Shown here one piece after another: positions 58,017 to 64,000 of a stretch of DNA of 64,000 nt. The stretch is from Selaginella moellendorffii (Eukaryota; Plantae; Lycopodiophyta), in assembly GCF_000143415.4 (NCBI RefSeq), contig NW_003314339.1:675751-739750 (forward strand). Reading direction: 5' to 3'. Each line of letters starts with the position of its first letter. Positions within the stretch are counted from its first letter, which is position 1. The translations under genes and the position numbers were made by a program. The notes under the pieces were generated by a model. It searched no databases. It was not told the DNA's origin and saw only the letters and a program-made list of their open reading frames with translations.

Positions 58017-58676
58017 CCGGTCTCGGTCTCGACTTCGGACTCCATCTCGGACTCCATCCAGTGGCAGTGTTGGCAAACACGGCCAGGGGCAGAAAGGGAC
58101 TTAGTGGGGACTGACAGAGGGATATTGGGGAAGGCTATTCCCCTTGTCGGTGGGCATCCTAAGGATGCTAAGGAGTGGATCTGAGATGACCACTCACGGA
58201 TAGTTTGCTTTGTCTTGGAGAGCCAAGACGGTGATGCAAGTGGTATTGGACTACCAGTGTGGCAAAGGTGATTGGGCATGGCCTTAGCGTAACGGGCTGC
58301 TATGTCGGTGGTACCTTTGAGTGTCGGTCATGGGATCGGACACGTGGAGCACTTGGACCGAGTGCAAATGTTGAGTGGCATGGATGCCATTCTCGGGGCT
58401 AGCAAGTCCCAAGTCCTGGATTGGACTTATGGAGGTTGTGAATGAGACTCCTCCAAGTGGTCAGAGGTGTGGTTAAGTGACTAAAGTAGAATGGAAAATT
58501 TAGTCGCTTACAGCTTGTTCCTCGAGCACTTCGTTGGGAGTTCCACTCCCGCTCTTGACTTTTCAAGTCAGAGCTTTTGGTCCAAACGTGTTACCCTCGT
58601 TTGGCTCTCGCTTCGGCCACTACCATGTGGCGCCCTTCCGGCTCCACTTTGGGGCCTAGGGATTTTGTGTCTCACA
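56865..58676 (-). mobile_element. Nested or scrambled family-A LTR pieces around an assembly gap
   Basis: Minus LTR from 56865, N run at 57805-57904, plus-strand LTR end at ~58056-58512, then the minus LTR start at 58513-58676 adjoining the PPT. Confidence 0.75.
57805..57904. other. Assembly gap (100 N)
   Basis: Run of N. Confidence 1.
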
Positions 58677-58728
58677 ACTCCACCACCCATAGACGAAGTT
58701 CGATGTCCTCATCGAACGGTAAACCATT

Positions 58729-61700
58729 TTATACTTCGCAGTGTGGAAATCCTTCCCACTTCACATGGAACTCTCTCACCTCGCGTCCTTGTCGCTTGCT
58801 CTTGCGCGCATTGAGGATGGCCTCGACTTCGTATTCCTCCTCCCCTTGGATAACCTCAGGTAAAGGTCTTACTTGGTCCTTGCGAAGCGGATCCTCAAAA
58901 TACGGCTTGAGTAAGTTCACGTGGAACACGGGATGCATCTTCCCCATCTCTCGAGGAAGTCGGAGACGGTAAGCCACTTTACCGATTCGAGCCTCAATCT
59001 CGTAAGGCCCCGCGAACCTGCTTAAGGAACTCAAGATCAATTCATTTACAGGAATACATGCATTTTTACCTTTGGGTCAACTTCCGGCTGATCCCACTTG
59101 GTAGCCTGAGGTTCTTGGTGTTCAGCCACACATTCTCCCCAACTTGGAACTCCACATCTCGACGCTTTTGGTTCGCGTACTTAGTTTGCCTTTGTTGAGC
59201 CCGTTCCAAGGAATCCCTCACTAGATTCCAAATGTTGAGTCTTTCCGCCGTGAATGCCTCCACTGCGGGTAACTCTCCATGATACTCGGCCACGCCGAGT
59301 TCCACAGGACCTTCAATAGCTTGCCCATTGATGACTTCCCATGGACTCACCCCGATGCTCGAATGTGGTGAGTTGTTATAACACATTTCCGCAAGTCCCA
59401 AATGACTTACCCAGTCGGTCTGGTCTCCCGAGACATAGCACCGCAAATAATCCTCCAGCTGCCTATTCACCCTTTCCGTTTGTCCGTCTGTCAAGAAGTG
59501 TTAGTGCCATCAATCTTGACTCAATACCCTTTACCTGTCTGTGGGTGATAGGCTGTGCTGAATTTCAACTTGGTGCGATACTGTTCTAGGAGTGTCCTCC
59601 AGAACCTACTGGTGAAGATCTTATCTCGATCTGAGATAATCTCTTCCGGCCTTCCCCGCACTCGAACCACTTGTTCGAAGAACAGCCTCGCCACACCTTC
59701 CGCATCCACATCCGTTGTGGTGGGTATGAAATGTGCCATCTTTGAAAATCGGTCCACCACCACGAATATCGCATCGAACCCCTCGCTTGGGGGTAGTCCC
59801 GTGATGAAGTCCATCGTGAGACATTTCCACGGACGATCTGGAATGGGGATGCTTTGCAACAAGCCCCCACTAGCCTTCGTCACGGCTTTGACCTGCTGAC
59901 ATGTTGGACATGTCTTTACATAGTCTTGGACGTCCTTAGCCATATCTGGCCAGTGATACTTCCTTTTGAGTAAGCCCATCGTCTTGGGCACTCCGCCGTG
60001 TCCCGCGAGAGGTCCGTCATGACACTCTTCCAAGGCTACTTTCCTTAGTTCCCCTTCTGGAACATACACCCTCGTTTGCTTGTAATATATGAGTCCGTTG
60101 CGTTCCGCATAGCCCGTTTTCTCTTCCGTTGGCAGCTCACCTCTCTGGTGAGCTTCCCGCGCCTCCAGATTCCTCAGCAACACTTCTTGTGCTAGACCAT
60201 CACTCTCGTATGCAGTCCGCACATCGTCCCAAAAGGTTGCTGTCGCGCTAGATATCGCCAACTTCAAGCTCGCTTTTCGACTTAGCGCATCTGCCACGAT
60301 GTTGCTCTTCCCAGGCTTGTACAGGATCTCGCAATCAAACTCAGCCAAAGCATTGGCCCACCGACCTTGTTTTCCCCTTAGGTCGGGCTGTGACAAGAAG
60401 TGTTTCGTTGCCACATTGTCCGTGTAAACCTTGAAGTGTCTCCCAAGGTAGTGTCGCCACTCCTTGAGCGCCTTGACCACCGCAAACAATTCCTTCTCGT
60501 GGGCAGGCCACTTCCGTTGAGCCTTGTCCAGCTTCTTCGAGAAGAACGCTACTGGATGGTTGTCTTGCTTCAAAACTGCGCCCAACGCAAAGTCCGAAGC
60601 ATCCGTGTCTACCTCAAAGTCCTTACCGAAGTCCGGTAATGCCAACACGGGAGCCTTCCTCAATTTCCCTTTGAGGTGGACGAATGCCGCCTCGCATTCC
60701 GCTGTCCATACCATCTTCCCTTTTCCTGTTTGGTCCGTTAAGGGCAAGGCTACTCTCGAATAGTGTCTGATAAACTTTCGATAGTAGTTGCATAGCCCCA
60801 AGAATGCCCTCAACTCATGTACATTCGATGGTCGCTCCCATTCTTGGATCGCTTGGACCTTTTCCGGGTCCACCTTGAGCCCGTCCTGACCCACCACATG
60901 CCCGAGAAACTTTACCTCTTGTTGAGCAAAGTCACATTTGCTCTCTTTAGCATACAGTTTGTGTTCCCTTAGTTTCTCAAACACCTTCGCCAAGTGTTCG
61001 GCATGCTCCTCTAGCGTCTCGCTATAGATCAGGATGTCGTCAATATAGACGACCACGAAGCGATCCAGATAGGGTACAAAGATGTGGTTCATCAACGCCG
61101 AAAACGTTGCCGGCGCATTGCACAGCCCAAAGGGCATCACCAGAAACTCAAAGCTCCCATACCTCGTTCGACAGGTTGTCTTCTCGACATCTTCCTCAGC
61201 TACCCTGATCTGGTAGTATCCTGACCTTAGGTCAATCCTCGAGAAGTATTTTGCCTTTCCCAACCTATCGAACAGGTCCTCGATCCTGGGCAAAGGGTAC
61301 TTGTTCTTCTTGGTATACTTGTTGAGCAACCGGTAGTCTATGCACATGCGCATAGATCCATCTTTCTTTTTCACAAATAGCACCGGCGCCCCATACGGCG
61401 ACTTGCTCAACCTAACATACCCTTTGTCCACCAACTCCTCTAGTTGGCTTTTGAGCTCCTTGAGTTCTTTTTCGTTCAATCGATAGGGTGGACGAACCAC
61501 CGCCTCAGCACCCTCGACCAGCTCAATCTTATGTTCTATTGGTCGTGCGGGGGGCAACCCCGCCGGTAGCTCCTCCGGCATCGTATCCTGGAATTGGTCC
61601 AGCACCTGCTGGATCACTAAAGGTACTTCTTCCATTCTTGTCTTTTTGTCACTCTTCACCGAGAGTAAGCACAAAAAGGCTGCCTTAGTTCCTTTAGTGA

Positions 61701-62136
61701 GTTGTCCTCTCGTGGACACCAAGTTTAAGCATGACTCTTTGGCCTTGCTTTGCCCTACCTTTAGATCCTGGGCCTCCACCCTAGATCTTTTTCCTTGGGC
61801 ATTCGCCAATACCACAAGGTTCCTACCTTGTCCATGCAGGGCTACCACGAACCGATTAAACCAATCCATTCCGAAGATCATGTCAAATCCCGCCATGTCC
61901 AAGACGGTGAAATTCATGTCTACTTTCCATGTCCCTACTTCGACTCTCGCTTGTCGAAGTACCTCATCGGTGCTTTGGCTACCTTGAACAAACTCTATAG
62001 TCCTTGGTTCGCCTAGCCGCTGCACCGTTAGTCCGGCTTGCCGGACTATGTCTGCAGCCACAAAATTATCTGAAGCACCCGTGTCAATAAGGATCTTAAC
62101 ACAGCTACCTCCGAGCTTCCCTCGGAGGGCTAGTAA
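58729..62136 (-). CDS. Family-A Ty3/gypsy (chromovirus) pol: protease-RT-RNase H-integrase-partial chromodomain, with two putative introns (59488-59534, 59018-59069); gag cut off by the DNA transposon
   Basis: [31 protein letters not shown]|DGQTER, KLTQR|[19 protein letters not shown]; followed by the same pre-PPT, PPT and LTR as 12283-12360. Confidence 0.9.
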
Positions 62137-64000
62137 GCTCTATTTCGTTAAAGTGGGATTTATTCAGTAAAATGGGACTAGGTACAAATTTTCAAGTATT
62201 TGAAAATGACGTGAAATTATATGTTTTTTGTCCAGGGGCTAGACATATCTGGGGCATGGTGACTAGCGCGGTGACCTTATGTCCAGACTGAGTCCATCTA
62301 GTTGTATAATAAATCTCATTGTCAAGGTGAACAAGCCGAATCTGAAGCTAAAGAAGAGCGATGGCATGCGCGCACACACTATTTGTTTGTTCATTGAGCG
62401 TGTGGTGAGCTTTCCAAGATGAACATCATTCCTATTAGCCAGACATATAACTTAATGGTGAGAACATTTAGATATTATTCAATGTTATCTTTTTCTAACG
62501 AATCTAATTGTGAAGGTGTAGCAAGAGGCATTGCTAGTCTGGAGAAGTCATTTAACTCATTTGACCCTTAGTGTATTTTCATGAAACTAAATAACATTCA
62601 TATTATTAAGGAATTTCTCTAGTACCTTTTTTTTACGACATAGAGGCTTGCATTTCTTTCAAAGGTGATTTAGTAAAAGGCCTGAGGGCACATGCCATTC
62701 TATTTCTCAGACCGGTATTAAGATATACTAGTGCAAAGGGAAAAAGGTATTTGGTGATCAAGTAAATGGCATGAGGGCACACGCCATTATAAGCCTAAGC
62801 GCTAGTGGACACCTCCTTTTTGGTACTCTCAGCGGTACTATCATCCTTCTCCGGGTCAATTGTTTTGCTTTGGATTGTTGTCTCTGACGTTACTGGGGCG
62901 TTCTCGATAGTTGTTAATGTTGCCGTTTGTTCAGAAAAATGATCACCTGGAGTATAGTACGGGGAGTTTGGAAGACTTATATATTCTACATCTTCACGTA
63001 TCTCCTTGTCCGTCTCCTTTTCTGCCTCACTTACAGATTTTGTGCTTGCCATGAGAACGCTCTTCACCCTAAAATATGGAGTTCGTTGTGTTATAAAAGG
63101 AAACCAACACACACGCTGCAAGGGAATGATGGTACATAAAGCACGTAAGCCCACAATATGGGTTTATGTGCCATTAATATGGGCCACACGCCATATTATT
63201 AGATTTATGCACGTGTGATTGGTAAATGCATATGTCACATCATCTTTGTTTTACCTCACACACTATATCAAGCCTCCTCTGATTCAGATTCGGATTGTTC
63301 ACCTTGAAATAAAATACATTAGAAACTTTGTAAAGGAATATTAATGAATCTCACCTTGAACCCGAGTTATGAATGCTCTTGCTGCATCTCTTGCATGGTC
63401 TGGCAAGGTGATGGTGGCACTCTGCTTCCGCATCCAACCATGCACAACATTATCCACCGATATGCTCATGCTGGGATCCCTTGGATTCAGCACCCATCTC
63501 TTTTCTAGGCAATCCTTCGTATATCCGGAACTTGGCTTGAACCACTCCACAGTTACATTGAAGGAGTTAGTTTCCGCGTCCTCCTTTGCATCAGTGATGC
63601 AGCACCCCACCCATATCATTTGTTTTTTATTACTGGGTCTGACAAGCACGACCATTCCTTTGCAGACCTGTACTGGATTGAATGCTGAATCCGGCTTCTT
63701 GTTCCTCGGCCCACAATAGTGATCCTCAACATCGTTATCTGTCACTGCATTTCCAGAGGACATTGTTCCGCTACTATCTGGTGCTCTGGGTTCTGGCCAA
63801 AAGGACTCTTCCAATTCTTCATATACAACCGGCCCATTTTGGATAGCAGATATAATCTTCTCCCAGTATTCAAGCAAAGGCTTGCACCTCTTAAAATAGG
63901 ATTCTCCACCAAACACCAACCCCCTCTTCCAGAAGGCAATATGCTGTCTAATCCCGGCCACTATACTTTCCTGGTCTTTGAGTCCATCCGGGTGCATCGG
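62137..64000 (-). mobile_element. Second copy of the Sola-like transposon (3' end and transposase C-terminus at 63341-64000); runs off the window
   Basis: Inverted near-identical copy of ~53370-55656 including the TIR; lacks ~54095-54527. Confidence 0.93.

Overview
Eukaryotic land-plant genomic DNA. Very short (46-70 nt) GT-AG introns, plant-type rRNA and compact genes suggest a lycophyte such as Selaginella; this is an inference. Host genes: a SAP30-binding-protein-like gene, an unknown gene and histone H3.3 in the first 3.6 kb, and a TAF1C/RRN6-like Pol I factor at 19.5-22.7 kb. The rest is nested transposons and decayed rDNA: a CpG-eroded 18S-5.8S-26S pseudogene split by LTR elements; two TSD-flanked non-autonomous elements of a long-LTR family (family A); a TRIM fused to a solo LTR of family B under one TSD; and an intact, recent Ty3/gypsy element with identical LTRs. 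Two observations stand out. (1) A ~13-kb (20 kb with a nested LTR element) Sola-like DNA transposon carries one large multi-exon cargo gene (ParB-like, degenerate N4/N6 DNA-methyltransferase-like, FCP1-like phosphatase) and about 25 copies of a 22-bp palindrome seen only inside the element, a candidate TE-encoded protein/self-site system. (2) A family-A chromovirus pol has an integrase interrupted by two clean spliceosomal-type introns (47 and 52 nt). Domain calls are from motif recognition by eye, not database searches.
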